From the NCBI GenBank assembly GCA_002731825.1, contig PCCS01000006.1, positions 185,755 to 249,754 of the forward strand: 64,000 nucleotides of DNA, in the 5' to 3' direction. Source of the stretch: Myxococcales bacterium. Its GTDB lineage: Bacteria > Myxococcota_A > Bradymonadia > UBA7976 > UBA1532. The notes beneath the pieces are model-generated. The model saw only the letters and a program-made list of their open reading frames with translations, made no database searches and was not told where the DNA came from. This document shows, piece by piece, positions 30,865 to 41,372 of this stretch. A program made the position numbers and the translations under genes. Positions within the stretch are counted from its first letter, which is position 1; each line of letters begins with the position of its first letter.

Positions 30865-32932
30865 CTCGTAATCTGTAGAGCAGCCAAGCCTCTGATCCTA
30901 GCATGGCGAAAAGGAGGAGCAACGCGTAGTGCCAAAGTTCGCGCGTCGAACTTAGGGATGCCGGCGTAGGCCCCGAATCATTGCCTTCACCGACCATACT
31001 GTTTTGCCCGTTCAGTTTTGCGTAGAGTGTATCCAAATGGACCGAAAATGCCGGAGCAACCTTGTTAGCTTTGTCCATCGGGTCCAATGAATAATGTCCA
31101 ACCTGCTGGGTATCCGAAAACCGAATATCGACGTCTTCTTGGCTGGGACGCAAGTCGACACGTTCTCCATTCGGTAGTTTTATTCGTCCAGATCCTGTGA
31201 CCATTGCCGGTACGGTTGCAAGTTGCCCAACTTTGTACGGCTTCGACTGAGTCGTCCTGGTCTTGGCGAGGTAGCGCAATGTGTGTACGAGAAGTGGTAG
31301 AAAATGAGGACGGATGACGAGGTCATTCCAGTCCCGATCGATGGTCGTCGTCATCAAAACCACTCGGCCCTTGTCAATGGACCGCCCAATAAGAAACGGG
31401 GCGCCATTATCGAGACTCATGATGACATCTCCTCCCGCGTTGGGAGACGGGTCTAAGAGCATGAACGTCTCAATTTTTGCTAGGGCGAGAGACGTTGTTT
31501 CGGGAGAAGTGAAGTTGTCAATAATTGGGTGTTTTCGGTTGAATAGCTTCAGGTGTGCGACTCGCCGGTCCCGACCTTCGCGACTTGAAGCTGCATCGCC
31601 AGCGACTTTTTTGCTTCGAATTGTTCTGGGTAACAACGGGCCAAGATTTTGGTTAATCTCGGTCGTATTAATGCGTTCACCGCAGCTGATGAACAGACCG
31701 CCGCCTTGCTTTACATGAACGGCCAACTTGCGCCCGAAACTGGCCGTCACTTTCTCGACATTGGCCAACAGCACCACATCATAAAGAGCCAGGTCAATCT
31801 TCTCTAGTCTGTCCAGCCCGAGACTTTTCATTGAGATTCTGGCCCCTGCTGCCAGCGCAGGCTCTATCGCTTTTTGTACATAGTACAGCTCATCCTTGTA
31901 CGGATTTGCATTGGGCCCACCGTTGACTGCAAGAACACGTATTGGCTCCGCTGGAACCATCCAAAAAGGGTAGCGGTTATCAATATTGAGAGCATCATCA
32001 CCAATTCGGATTTCAGCCTGACCTGTCTGTTGTTGATCCAGCGCTACATAGAAGATCTTTCTCGCCTCTCCATTGGCTGGAATATCCACCAATCCGTTGA
32101 CGACATTTCGGCCGTCAATTTCTAACCAAATCGGCAGCTTCTTGGTTGCTTCTTCTGAATGATTGACAATCCTGGTCGCCAGCTCCCAATGGCCAGCTCC
32201 CATCTCAGGTGCTGCGCGCATTGATACGTCTAAAACCGCACGATTCGGAAGCTCCCTACCCTCGGAGACATCGATTGGAACAAGTTTGATTTGAGCATTG
32301 ACTGCTGGCGGGCGAGCTAAGTCTCGGAGTCCAGCGGGGGTCGATAGAACAACGACCGAATTCTGCTGCTCCTGACTACTTTCTGCTGCCATGGAGTATG
32401 CTAGTGAGAGCGCAGCCGATAAATTTCGGCCATGCAAGCCAGCTTTAATCTCATCGATTGAATCACGAAGTTTTCCGGCATCCGCGCTCAATTTTGAGAG
32501 GGCCAGTTTGGGTTTGGGTTCAGCGATGATGAGACCATACTGTGTATTGGCTCTGCCGACGAGGTTGCTGGCCATCATCTTTGCTCGCATCAACAGTGAG
32601 TCATCGTCGAGGCGATATTGCATAGGATAGCTCGTGTCCAGAACGATGAAAACGGTTCCACCATCAACTGCATCAACACCTGATTGATCTTCAGAGACCA
32701 TAAGCGGCCTTGCTATGGCGAACGCGAGTAAGCCCAGAAGTAGACAACGAGTTAACATGAGTAATATTTGTCTAAGTCTGAAGCGTCTTGAGGTTTTTTT
32801 ATGCGACGTAAGGATGAAGTGTAGAGTCGGGAAAATAACCCGTTTTGGCTTTCTCCTCAGCAGTAGATGGATGATGGGTGGGATGAGAACTCCAACCAGT
32901 CCAGCTAAGAGCCATGGTGATAGAAAAGTCAT
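30839..32932 (-). CDS. BatA-like membrane protein (N-terminal double-TM aerotolerance-type domain, vWA-like and GATase1-like regions, C-terminal TM)
   Basis: 697 aa with N-terminus PWLLAGLVGVLIPPIIHLLLRRKP. The vWA-like segment has a degenerate MIDAS (VLDTSYP). A block IRVLAVNGG...YDVVLLANV...GGGLFISCG is present, and a C-terminal TM helix (WHYALLLLFAMLGSEAWLLY). Confidence 0.75.
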   Translation of the reverse strand: MTFLSPWLLAGLVGVLIPPIIHLLLRRKPKRVIFPTLHFILTSHKKTSRRFRLRQILLMLTRCLLLGLLAFAIARPLMVSEDQSGVDAVDGGTVFIVLDTSYPMQYRLDDDSLLMRAKMMASNLVGRANTQYGLIIAEPKPKLALSKLSADAGKLRDSIDEIKAGLHGRNLSAALSLAYSMAAESSQEQQNSVVVLSTPAGLRDLARPPAVNAQIKLVPIDVSEGRELPNRAVLDVSMRAAPEMGAGHWELATRIVNHSEEATKKLPIWLEIDGRNVVNGLVDIPANGEARKIFYVALDQQQTGQAEIRIGDDALNIDNRYPFWMVPAEPIRVLAVNGGPNANPYKDELYYVQKAIEPALAAGARISMKSLGLDRLEKIDLALYDVVLLANVEKVTASFGRKLAVHVKQGGGLFISCGERINTTEINQNLGPLLPRTIRSKKVAGDAASSREGRDRRVAHLKLFNRKHPIIDNFTSPETTSLALAKIETFMLLDPSPNAGGDVIMSLDNGAPFLIGRSIDKGRVVLMTTTIDRDWNDLVIRPHFLPLLVHTLRYLAKTRTTQSKPYKVGQLATVPAMVTGSGRIKLPNGERVDLRPSQEDVDIRFSDTQQVGHYSLDPMDKANKVAPAFSVHLDTLYAKLNGQNSMVGEGNDSGPTPASLSSTRELWHYALLLLFAMLGSEAWLLYRLRVKGRAGTA

Positions 32933-33813
32933 TTTCGGCGACCTCGTGCCCAGGTCATGACGGACTTTTCGATGGCCGTATCAGTCGTCGATAGTTTGTA
33001 ATTCACCTGTCCATCTGCCAGGCCTTTCTCAAGGCCCTCGACCCAACGGGAAATGGCCAATCGATATTCCTCGGCCATTGCTCGGGGATCGACTTGTTGC
33101 TCAGAGCTGTCTTCAGCATCCTCAAAAATCGTCAGGTCGGAAAATGGGAACTGAATTTCACTTGGATCCAAGATGTGGAGCACTGAAACGTAATGTTTTC
33201 TGCGCAGCTGTTTTAATAGCCCAATGAAGTTTTCACTAAACTCGAGACAGTCTGAGAGTAAGACGATATTGCTTCGCTTCAGTGGTAGGTTTGCGACATG
33301 GGTCAGTGCCGCTGCAAGGTTTGTTTCGCCCTGGCACTGTGCCGATTCCAGATTCCGAACAAATCTCCAGAAATGTTCTGGGCGATTTCTTGGAGGAAGA
33401 TAAGTACCAATCTCGGCTCCATGAGTCAGCAAACCGATTGCATCACCTTGTTGAATCAGCGTCCATGCCAGTGCAGCAGCAAGTTGACCTGCATATGTTA
33501 TCTTCTCCGGGCAATCACCCATTTTGAAGGCCATTGAGTTCGAGGTGTCGACGACGAAAAGGGTTCTCAGGTCGGTTTCATCTTCAAACTGCTTTACATA
33601 AAAGCGATCATTTCGAGCATACGACTTCCAATCTATATGCTTGATCTCATCGCCCGGTGCATATTCTCGATATTGAGCAAATTCAACGCTCGAGCCCCTG
33701 GCACGACTTCGATGGGACCCCGCCACAGCTCCTTCCACATGGCCGTCAAAGCGGATGGATACACCTGATAAACGACCGAATAGCTCTGGGTCTACGAGTG
33801 GCGATTGATGCAT
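32929..33813 (-). CDS. DUF58 (vWA-fold) protein, MoxR partner
   Basis: 294 aa with blocks GSHRSRARGSSVEFAQYREYAPGDEIKHIDWK and an intact MIDAS DxSxS (VVDTSNSM). Confidence 0.88.
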   Translation of the reverse strand: MHQSPLVDPELFGRLSGVSIRFDGHVEGAVAGSHRSRARGSSVEFAQYREYAPGDEIKHIDWKSYARNDRFYVKQFEDETDLRTLFVVDTSNSMAFKMGDCPEKITYAGQLAAALAWTLIQQGDAIGLLTHGAEIGTYLPPRNRPEHFWRFVRNLESAQCQGETNLAAALTHVANLPLKRSNIVLLSDCLEFSENFIGLLKQLRRKHYVSVLHILDPSEIQFPFSDLTIFEDAEDSSEQQVDPRAMAEEYRLAISRWVEGLEKGLADGQVNYKLSTTDTAIEKSVMTWARGRRK

Positions 33814-33815
33814 GA

Positions 33816-34814
33816 TTAATCAGTGGGGTTGTCGTCTAGGATTCGATTTATGAGCGCATCACTCTGAATCCGCTCGGCATCAGCATTAAAGTTGGTGACA
33901 ACGCGGTGCCGCAGAATCGGGATAGCCAAATCTCGTATGTCTTCGCGCGCCACTGTCAGCCGCCCATCCAGCAACGCTCGAGCCTTACCAGCCAGTATCA
34001 TAAATTGGCTGGCCCTCGGCCCGGCACCCCAGCCCACGTACTTTTTTATGTAATCCGCCGCGCTGTCTGATGTAGGTCGAGTCGCTCGCGCCAGCTTGAC
34101 CGCATACTGAATGACGTGCTCTGACACGGGGATATTCTTGACTAGATCTTGGAGCTTCAGAATATCATTAACACTGAGTACAGGCTCAATTTCAGGAGGC
34201 GCTCCAACTGTTGTGCGTTTGACAATCTCAACTTCCTCATCCTCCGAGGGATAGTCGACATTTATCATCATCATGAACCGATCTAGTTGAGCTTCTGGTA
34301 GGGGGTATGTTCCCTCTTGTTCAATTGGGTTTTGAGTTGCAAACACCATAAAAGGCGCGGTCATTTTATAGGTTTGACCGGCGGCTGTAACGACCCTTTC
34401 TTGCATCGCTTGAAGAAGTGCCGCCTGAGTTTTCGGCGGTGTTCGATTAATTTCATCAGCCAACAAGAGATTGGTGAATATGGGGCCTTTTACAAATTTG
34501 AAATGTCGTTTCCCTGTTTCGGAATCGGCTTCCAGGATTTCAGTTCCCGTAATGTCACTTGGCATGAGGTCAGGGGTAAATTGAATCCGATTAAAGTCCA
34601 GCGATAAGGCTCGTGCTGTGCTGTTCACAAGCAAGGTCTTTGCTAGCCCAGGGACGCCTACAAAAAGGCAATGACCACGGGCGAGCAGCGACGTGAGCAT
34701 CAGTTGTATGACAGCCTCTTGGCCGACGATTTGCTTCGATACCTGACCGAGCAGAGCGCGTTTCGCCGATGCTGCAAGCTCTAAACCTTCGTGATTAGAT
34801 TCGTGGCCACTCAT
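33816..34814 (-). CDS. MoxR-family AAA+ ATPase
   Basis: 332 aa with Walker A GVPGLAKT, Walker B LLADEINR and the conserved [22 protein letters not shown] block. Confidence 0.95.
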   Translation of the reverse strand: MSGHESNHEGLELAASAKRALLGQVSKQIVGQEAVIQLMLTSLLARGHCLFVGVPGLAKTLLVNSTARALSLDFNRIQFTPDLMPSDITGTEILEADSETGKRHFKFVKGPIFTNLLLADEINRTPPKTQAALLQAMQERVVTAAGQTYKMTAPFMVFATQNPIEQEGTYPLPEAQLDRFMMMINVDYPSEDEEVEIVKRTTVGAPPEIEPVLSVNDILKLQDLVKNIPVSEHVIQYAVKLARATRPTSDSAADYIKKYVGWGAGPRASQFMILAGKARALLDGRLTVAREDIRDLAIPILRHRVVTNFNADAERIQSDALINRILDDNPTD

Positions 34815-36391
34815 TTTAATAACTCCAGGCTTTCGCGGGCTCGTTTTGCCAATTTTGGTTTACCTTTTTGTATATACAATTTTTCCAAAGCGATGTGAGG
34901 CCCTGGATGAAATGGATTAATAGCCATCGCAGATTCGAACTCAATGATCGCGTCATCAGCTTGTTTTAGGTTGAGAAAGGCTGTTGCCAGGTTCAGGCGA
35001 GTCCTCAAGTACCTTGGATAATAAAATCTGACTTGCTCAAGCACCTTGGGTACGTCTTTATATCTGTCGAGAGCCAACAAGGATTCTGCTGTCCCATTTT
35101 GCACCGTCGGATTGCCATCTCCCGCGATGGCTTCTGCTTTGAGATATTCCTTCAATGCAGCCTTAAATCTCTTTCTGGCGCGCAAGAGTTCGCCTAAATG
35201 TGTGTAGTCTCTGACCTGTTTTTTCTTGATTGAGCCGTAGCTGATTTCCAGAGCGTCATCTTCGGTTGTCTCCCCCGGTCTTTTGAATTCCAATGACATC
35301 TGAACCAGACCCGGATATTCGCGCAACTCGCGGGTTTTTAGGTCACGGTGCCAAGCTGTCCAAAGACCCGACAAATTAAAGCCATAAACCAGCCTCAGAG
35401 CGGCACTCATCTCAAGCCCCACAGACAGTTTCTTGATGAGCTCTCTCAGGCCTTCGTATCCTTTTTTACGGTACAGGAAGTCGATGACGGTATGCACCTC
35501 TGCGAAGGCCAACCCTGCAGCCTCTTGGCTTGGCAACTTCGCCATAGACGGATGCATTTGATCAAAGGTTATCAGCTTGTTGGACTCAAGACTGCGGGCC
35601 AGTAAGTCTTCTTCCGGCGGGTCAAGCTTATGTCCGGGCGACTCACGCCAGCGTGTTTCTTGATACTTTGCGATCCCTTCGTGAAGCCATATGGGAATCG
35701 TATTCTTACTCATTTTAGTGAGGTAGTAGTGTACAAATTCGTGGGACACGGTGTCTTGCCAGCCATACCCTCTCACGAGTGCCCTGGGCGAGGTAAACAT
35801 CAGCCTGTTATACTTGCACAGAGCGATTGTTCCACTGGTTTCGATATCACTTTCTGTCAACGGGCTTACACGAGCCAAGTATGAAATTTCAGGATAGATT
35901 TCGACGACCACTTGCCCCTTGGGCGTATAACCAAAATCGGCGGACAGTGTTTTATCGGCGGTCTCCAATACCGGTATCAAATACGGCAGCAAAAGTTTAT
36001 CACGCCCCTTATACCGAATGAGAAAACGACCGTTGGAGGTGATGTGTTCGTTAAATGTCTTTAGGGCGTCATGCGTCTCTTGAACTCTCGATCTGAATGC
36101 TCCAATGCTCGATGGCATTGAGTTCCCCACCGTCTTATTTAGTGCGTCCAAAACACGAAGTGATTCGTCGTAGTTTCCCTCAAAAAACAGAAGCCGACTT
36201 TGAGCGAAATGAAGGTTGATATCGTCCGGATTGGCTAAAAGCGCCTCTCGCAGTGCGCTTCGTGCGTCCGCAGTCTGCCATTGGCCAATCATTTGGTGTA
36301 TTGCGTCGGCCGTTGGTGTCTGTGCCCTGAGGCTCGTCCAGTTCATCAAAAAGACGAGTGCAAGTATAAGCCGCATGCCTGTTTCCTTCAT
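34811..36391 (-). CDS. Secreted TPR protein with an embedded peptidase-MA-type HExxH domain
   Basis: 526 aa with signal peptide ([17 protein letters not shown]). Zinc-metalloprotease motif HEFVH followed by WLHEGIAKY (gluzincin third ligand), with TPR repeats on both sides. Confidence 0.75.
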   Translation of the reverse strand: MKETGMRLILALVFLMNWTSLRAQTPTADAIHQMIGQWQTADARSALREALLANPDDINLHFAQSRLLFFEGNYDESLRVLDALNKTVGNSMPSSIGAFRSRVQETHDALKTFNEHITSNGRFLIRYKGRDKLLLPYLIPVLETADKTLSADFGYTPKGQVVVEIYPEISYLARVSPLTESDIETSGTIALCKYNRLMFTSPRALVRGYGWQDTVSHEFVHYYLTKMSKNTIPIWLHEGIAKYQETRWRESPGHKLDPPEEDLLARSLESNKLITFDQMHPSMAKLPSQEAAGLAFAEVHTVIDFLYRKKGYEGLRELIKKLSVGLEMSAALRLVYGFNLSGLWTAWHRDLKTRELREYPGLVQMSLEFKRPGETTEDDALEISYGSIKKKQVRDYTHLGELLRARKRFKAALKEYLKAEAIAGDGNPTVQNGTAESLLALDRYKDVPKVLEQVRFYYPRYLRTRLNLATAFLNLKQADDAIIEFESAMAINPFHPGPHIALEKLYIQKGKPKLAKRARESLELLK

Positions 36392-39300
36392 TTCACAAGT
36401 GACTCGTAGTAGCGCTTGACAGATTCTTTGAAGTCATTCGGTGCCTTGTCTTTCATTGCATCCATAAGCTCCTGACGGAATTCCGCGGGCGCATCATGCT
36501 CATCGGCACCGGGGATACGGACTTTGTCTCGCTTTGTGTCTCGACCACCGTCTCGTTGGCCTTTTTGTCCGTCCTTACCGCCTTGCTGGGGTTTACTGGC
36601 CTGCTTTAGACCGTTCATCAGCTTTTTGAGCTGAGACACCGCTTCTGATTGGCTTGGCACAGCGTGTCCAGGTTGTCCTTTTTGGAGAGACTGACTGGCT
36701 CTTTGCATGCTTTTCTGCGCTGAATCCATACTCTGCATGGGTTCGCCTTTGAGCCCCGTGATTTGTCCTTGTTGGGACTCCATTTTCTGCTGAAGCTGAC
36801 GAGCGGCTTGGCGTAGCTGGTCTTGTTTTTCACGTGTGCTGGAGGTCTGGGACTGCTGCTTCGCTGCTTGCATCTGTTTTTGAGCCTGCTTCATCAGCGT
36901 ATCAAGTTGGTCAATGATATCTTGGTCTTGCTCTATGGCCTGGTTTGCCGAGTTAGAAACATCTTTGGACGACGGATTTCGAAATCGAGCATATCGCTTG
37001 ACCGTGTAGAGTGGTGAGAGGGCGTCACGCGCCGAACGAAGTGCAGCTTCTAGACGCTTGTTTTTCAGAGCCTGTATCAGTTCATCCACCCGTTCGTTGA
37101 CGTCGGCTGCGCTCTCTTCTGCAAAAGTTGGTAGTGGCCCAGACTGCAGCTTTTCGGCATTTTTTTTCAGATTGGCCGCTTTCCTTAGTAGCTCATCGAT
37201 CTGCTCATTAAGTAGTTTGTTGAAAATGTCTGCTTGCTGCTCTTGTTCCCGTCTCGACTGAGCCTCCGTCTCCTCATTTAGCTCCTCTTGCTGCTTCATT
37301 AAGTCACGGGTTTGATCCATCAATTCGCTTAAGGCTTTTTGGAGAGCTGGGTTTGTCTGCTCGTGTAGCTCTTGCAGATCCTGGTCTAGAGCCGACGAGA
37401 GCTGATCGAGGGTTTCGCTCATTTCGTCTAAGGCCTTCAATGCATCATCAAGTCGGTTTTCGGCCATCATTTTTTCTAGGTTATCGAGTTGTTTTCTCGT
37501 ATCGGATAGCCCTTGACTCACTTCGCCTGACTTCATCCCGTCGATATTAAGAAACTCGTCTGGAAGTTTCTTTCTCAGGCTGGCCATTCGTTTTTGAAGA
37601 GCTCTCATTCTGTCCTTGAGGCGTCGAATGTTTCTCATGATTCGTGCCTTTAATGCATCGGAGGGCTTTTTCTTATAGGCCGTCATCAGATCTTTAAGTC
37701 GGACCTTTGCGGCTTTGATTTCCTCCGTCATGGCAGCGATGTCGGCCAGACCCTGCTGCGCCACCACTGATTCCACGTAAATAATCAATTGTTCCAATGG
37801 CGATACGACACCCTCGTTGAGGGCCTTGAAGACACCAACATCGCCAATGGTTCCTGTTTGTGTCCGTGCCTTCTCTTTGGACAATTCGCTCGACTCAGCT
37901 AACTGGGCTTGACTTGCGACCTGGTGTCTCGACTTGAGCCCAGCGATGGCTTGTTCGGCGCTCATAGGATCTTTTTCCATACGATCGATGATGGACGCTA
38001 AGCGCTCCAGAACACGACTTGTCTGGTTCGACAGGACGTCGATCTTTCCTGCCAGACGGCTCCCGTCAACGGCGTCGTAGTCCATCTCCAGCCGGGACGC
38101 CAATGCATCTAATAGTTGTTCCAGCAGTGCGTTTAGAGCCTCGGTAATCTTGTAATGTTCGAACTCGGGTGATCGAACCGTAATGTAACGGGTCTCGGAA
38201 ACGCTGAGCTGCGGCCCATCAATGGTTCTGTTGTCATAGACTTCGACAGAGAGAGCGATCCGGTCTCCCGGTTGAGCATCCATAATATTTAAATCAATTT
38301 CATCGGCCCCTTTGGCTATTTTGCCAGAATGTCCATCTTGCTCAACACGAGTGATGTTGTCTTCGTCATTTGCAAGTGCCAGCCGAACAGCAATTCGACT
38401 AATGCCAAAGTCGTCTCGTGCAGAAAACTCAATGGGAACGGCGCTGATCTTTTCTAACTCAAGATCGGTGCGTGGCGTGATCAACTCAATATGAGGTGGC
38501 TTGTCAGGTTTGATAGTGAGCCTGCGAACCTGGGTTTCAATTCTGCGTTCACCCGATTCGGTTTGTAATCCAAAGCGCCAATCCATTGAGTCCATGGCGA
38601 CAATGGAGAGTTCGGCCTTGTTATCTTGGAAGGACGTCGCGTCGAACCGCTCATCACCCACAAAGACGAAGACTTGGTCCGCCTTGGTGAGCGGTGTGGC
38701 ATGAATGGTTATTTTACTGCCCCTATATACGCTTACATTTCCCGTCGAGTTGGGGATGATGCGGCGCTGAACTCCAGTATATTCGGGCGAGTCCACCGTT
38801 AATGTAATGTCGGCGACCAAGGGGCCCGATTCCATCTTAAGGCCATCGTTTGTTCTCGTAAGCTCCGCCAGGGCTGTTTCGAATTTGTCTGGATATATCC
38901 AGACCAGCCCGATGGTCAAACATAGAGATCCAACCAAGGCTGAAAAAGGCCGATAAAGCTCATTGATGGGCGCAATGATTGACGGCTTGATACCATCAGT
39001 TTTGTTGACAACCCAATGCGCCAACGAATGTGCAGTATCGGTGTCTCCATCTAATGAATCTGTCCGGATTGCTGCATCGAAATAAACGCTCGCGATGAGC
39101 CCATCTTTTAGATCTGTTTGGTGCCGTTCCCAGCGTTGAGCAGTTTGTTCGAGAGACGCTGTTTCCGAAAAGAGTCTAATGGTTTGAATGATTAGATTGA
39201 AGCAGCAGAATGCCAGCAGGCTGCCCAAGAGCCCATATTGTGCATTGAGAGAGGGAGGGTAGGCCGCGAATAGAAGGAGACATGACGCCGTTGCTAGCGC

Positions 39301-39411
39301 CCCTGAACCCACTGTCCAGAACAGAATTTTGCTGACACCCAGAACTCGAGTTCTCTGCCTCAATAACCCCAGACGTCGGTTGAGTATTTGAAAAGGATTC
39401 AAGTCTGCCAT
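36388..39411 (-). CDS. Large membrane-anchored coiled-coil protein (DUF4175/TIGR02302-like)
   Basis: 1007 aa with three to four N-terminal TM helices and a central beta-rich region. This is followed by about 450 aa of Q/E/K/L/A-rich helical sequence and a G/Q/K/D-rich tail ending ...[14 protein letters not shown]. It is the first gene of the MoxR operon. Confidence 0.65.
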   Translation of the reverse strand: MADLNPFQILNRRLGLLRQRTRVLGVSKILFWTVGSGALATASCLLLFAAYPPSLNAQYGLLGSLLAFCCFNLIIQTIRLFSETASLEQTAQRWERHQTDLKDGLIASVYFDAAIRTDSLDGDTDTAHSLAHWVVNKTDGIKPSIIAPINELYRPFSALVGSLCLTIGLVWIYPDKFETALAELTRTNDGLKMESGPLVADITLTVDSPEYTGVQRRIIPNSTGNVSVYRGSKITIHATPLTKADQVFVFVGDERFDATSFQDNKAELSIVAMDSMDWRFGLQTESGERRIETQVRRLTIKPDKPPHIELITPRTDLELEKISAVPIEFSARDDFGISRIAVRLALANDEDNITRVEQDGHSGKIAKGADEIDLNIMDAQPGDRIALSVEVYDNRTIDGPQLSVSETRYITVRSPEFEHYKITEALNALLEQLLDALASRLEMDYDAVDGSRLAGKIDVLSNQTSRVLERLASIIDRMEKDPMSAEQAIAGLKSRHQVASQAQLAESSELSKEKARTQTGTIGDVGVFKALNEGVVSPLEQLIIYVESVVAQQGLADIAAMTEEIKAAKVRLKDLMTAYKKKPSDALKARIMRNIRRLKDRMRALQKRMASLRKKLPDEFLNIDGMKSGEVSQGLSDTRKQLDNLEKMMAENRLDDALKALDEMSETLDQLSSALDQDLQELHEQTNPALQKALSELMDQTRDLMKQQEELNEETEAQSRREQEQQADIFNKLLNEQIDELLRKAANLKKNAEKLQSGPLPTFAEESAADVNERVDELIQALKNKRLEAALRSARDALSPLYTVKRYARFRNPSSKDVSNSANQAIEQDQDIIDQLDTLMKQAQKQMQAAKQQSQTSSTREKQDQLRQAARQLQQKMESQQGQITGLKGEPMQSMDSAQKSMQRASQSLQKGQPGHAVPSQSEAVSQLKKLMNGLKQASKPQQGGKDGQKGQRDGGRDTKRDKVRIPGADEHDAPAEFRQELMDAMKDKAPNDFKESVKRYYESLVK

Positions 39412-39609
39412 GGCGTGACGGGTAACACACGTTGGAGAAAATTTAGTTCCATAAAATAAAAATCGAAGCCTTTTTGCTAACTCTAATCATGAAGATGAGC
39501 ATCTTTTTAGCTGTTGGGTAACAATAAATTCACGATTGGTTCTGTACGACCGAAGTTTTTTTTGCATAAGATGCGATCACCGTTGAATTAATCGCCTTGG
39601 GTTCCGTCG

Positions 39610-40263
39610 ATGGCCGCAGATTCGAGCGAGATGTCTGAAGTAGAGATCATCACGCGTTGTAAACGTGGGGACCGGAGTGCGTTTCATATGCTAGTCGAAA
39701 AATATCAACGACGCGCCTACGGCATTGCATACGGCATGCTGAGGAATCGCGAAGATGCGTTGGACGCAGCACAAGATGCGTTCGTCAAAGTCTTTCGAAA
39801 TATTGAGTCCTTTAAAGGCGACAGTTCTTTCTACACCTGGTTTTATCGAATTGTGGTGAACGTGTGCATCGACAAATGTCGAAAGCAAAAACGGGCACGG
39901 TCAGTCGAATATGATGACAGTTTCAAGCGCCGAGATGAGTCTGCCGGTGTCGCCCCTTTGGTCGGGAATACCCGCCCAATGCATCCAGGAGCGGCCTTTG
40001 AATCAGAGGAATTAGGCAAAGTTCTCAACGATGCCTTAGCCAAGCTGTCAGAGAACCATAGGCAGATCTTAATCCTTCGAGAAGTCGAGGGCATGAGCTA
40101 CGAAGATATTGCTGAGTCTGTGGGGTGTCATCTTGGTACCGTCATGAGTCGATTGCATCACGCAAGGAAGAATCTACAAAAGACACTCAAACCGTATTTA
40201 GAGGCGTCGGGTAGCACATTGTCCTCGCGGGCAGGCGCGGGTGTCAGGAAGGGCAAATCATGA
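39610..40263 (+). CDS. ECF-type RNA polymerase sigma-70 factor
   Basis: 217 aa with region 2 (YGIAYGMLRNREDALDAAQDAFVKV...FYTWFYRIVVNVCIDK) and region 4 (REVEGMSYEDIAESVGCHLGTVMSRLHHARKNL). Confidence 0.92.
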   Translation: MAADSSEMSEVEIITRCKRGDRSAFHMLVEKYQRRAYGIAYGMLRNREDALDAAQDAFVKVFRNIESFKGDSSFYTWFYRIVVNVCIDKCRKQKRARSVEYDDSFKRRDESAGVAPLVGNTRPMHPGAAFESEELGKVLNDALAKLSENHRQILILREVEGMSYEDIAESVGCHLGTVMSRLHHARKNLQKTLKPYLEASGSTLSSRAGAGVRKGKS

Positions 40264-40871
40264 CCGATCGTGAACACGAATTGCTCAACCGGTTTTTAGA
40301 TGGCGAGCTGACTGATGATGAAGCGAGTGAGTTTGAAGAGGCTCTCGTCAAGAACCCCGACCTGATCAATATGCGTGATGATTTCACTGCCATCGGCAGT
40401 CTCTTGCGTGAACATGTCGACCTAGAGTCGACAGAGGTCGATTTTAGCAACTTTGCATCGATTATAGATGAACGAATCGATTCCATGGAAGCTGCACCAA
40501 CAGCGGCCATAAGCTCAAACAGACTAGAGCAAGTGCCCATTGGGACCCATTCAAAGAGCAATCTCTTTGACGGGGTGGCGAGTTGGTTTCGACGAAATTG
40601 GACCCCTGTACTGTTGGGCGCAGCCGCGGCAGCAGCGGTGGCATTTTTTACGCTGGGACAGACGTCTGATCAGGACGTAAACGCGGGTATAAGTTCGACC
40701 ATTGCTCAGGGGACGACAGATGAGCGGAATGTCGTGGTTGATTCGGTTTCGAATGAGGGACAGAAAGCCGTCCTGGTTAGCATGCCTGCCGAGGATGAAG
40801 AGTCGACGGTAATTTGGCTGTTGGACGATGAAAAGACCGAGGAGCCTTTAGATGGGGAGGATCCAATTTAA
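40260..40871 (+). CDS. Anti-sigma factor (single-pass membrane)
   Basis: It overlaps the sigma gene by 4 nt. N-terminus LLNRFLDGELTDDEASEFEEAL is typical of anti-sigma domains. One central TM helix (WTPVLLGAAAAAAVAFFTL) and an acidic C-terminus. Confidence 0.8.
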   Translation: MTDREHELLNRFLDGELTDDEASEFEEALVKNPDLINMRDDFTAIGSLLREHVDLESTEVDFSNFASIIDERIDSMEAAPTAAISSNRLEQVPIGTHSKSNLFDGVASWFRRNWTPVLLGAAAAAAVAFFTLGQTSDQDVNAGISSTIAQGTTDERNVVVDSVSNEGQKAVLVSMPAEDEESTVIWLLDDEKTEEPLDGEDPI

Positions 40872-41329
40872 TGTGTAAACCGATACCAAAACTTTTCAAC
40901 CTATTGGTTTTTTTGGGACTTTTTGGGTTCGCAAGCCAGGCGTATGCAGCTGTAGAACTTAAAGTGGCCGTCGTGCATGCGACCAAGGCCAAAAGTCCCA
41001 CGGATTCCAAAATCAGCAAGGTTATGGCCAAATCATTGACAACGGTTTTTGGTCAGTACGGATCGTTTAAGCTTCTATCAAAGACTGCTTACCAGCTCGT
41101 TCCTAAGAAAACCGCTGAGATCGATTTACCGACCGGCTACAAAGCGCTGGTGAAGTACGTGGGAAGTTTGCCAAAAGCAGGAAAGAATAAAGTCCATAAG
41201 CTCTCACTTGAGATTCCCAAACATAAAGTGAAAGTGAAACTCCGGGCGATCCCGAAAAAGCTCTTCTATCAGGCGGGAATAAAGCACAACAATGGCATAC
41301 TCATCCTGGCCTTCTACTTGAAGGAATAA
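40871..41329 (+). CDS. Small secreted lysine-rich protein of unknown function
   Basis: 152 aa with signal peptide (LFNLLVFLGLFGFASQAYA). A TAATG junction with the anti-sigma gene suggests co-translation. Confidence 0.6.
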   Translation: MCKPIPKLFNLLVFLGLFGFASQAYAAVELKVAVVHATKAKSPTDSKISKVMAKSLTTVFGQYGSFKLLSKTAYQLVPKKTAEIDLPTGYKALVKYVGSLPKAGKNKVHKLSLEIPKHKVKVKLRAIPKKLFYQAGIKHNNGILILAFYLKE

Positions 41330-41372
41330 CCCGGCAGGTTCCTCCATAGCCTAAGCAATGCAATCATGTTAA

